A stretch of 33,000 nt of DNA from Antechinus flavipes (Eukaryota), in NCBI RefSeq assembly GCF_016432865.1, contig NC_067402.1:1829001-1862000 (forward strand), given 5' to 3'. The position numbers and the translations under genes are program-made. Numbering within the stretch: the stretch's first letter is position 1; each line of letters starts with the position of its first letter. The notes under the pieces were generated by a model. The model had not been told where the DNA came from. It worked only from the letters and a program-made list of their open reading frames with translations, and did no database searches. Of this stretch, positions 32,994-33,000 are shown piece by piece.

Positions 32994-33000
32994 CGGTCCT

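Overview
Mammalian, almost certainly marsupial, non-coding genomic DNA; the WSINE1 copies and the style of the L1 3' ends suggest a dasyurid such as Tasmanian devil (inference). Two assembly gaps are present (9229-9671, 20226-20576). About half the window is interspersed repeats: young 5'-truncated L1 3' ends with target-site duplications (TSDs), older decayed L1s, WSINE1, Mar1/MIR CORE-SINEs, WALLSI-type elements, L2 and L3/CR1. These are interleaved with GC/CpG-rich unique blocks carrying homeodomain and octamer motifs, as in the intron or flank of a developmental gene. I cannot support any recognisable intact protein-coding gene, tRNA, rRNA or CRISPR array; the supplied ORFs look like artefacts of repeats, low complexity, N-gaps or high GC. 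The least-explained structure is a ~2.4 kb block (24335-26790) that matches no repeat I recognise, shows coding-like third-position GC bias, and contains a diverged inverted duplication centred near 25720-25740. Other items worth checking are a possible three-exon minus-strand spliced transcript, an 84-bp tandem duplication, an isolated 26-bp local duplication and a 9x18-bp minisatellite. Nothing here establishes a new biological system from sequence alone.
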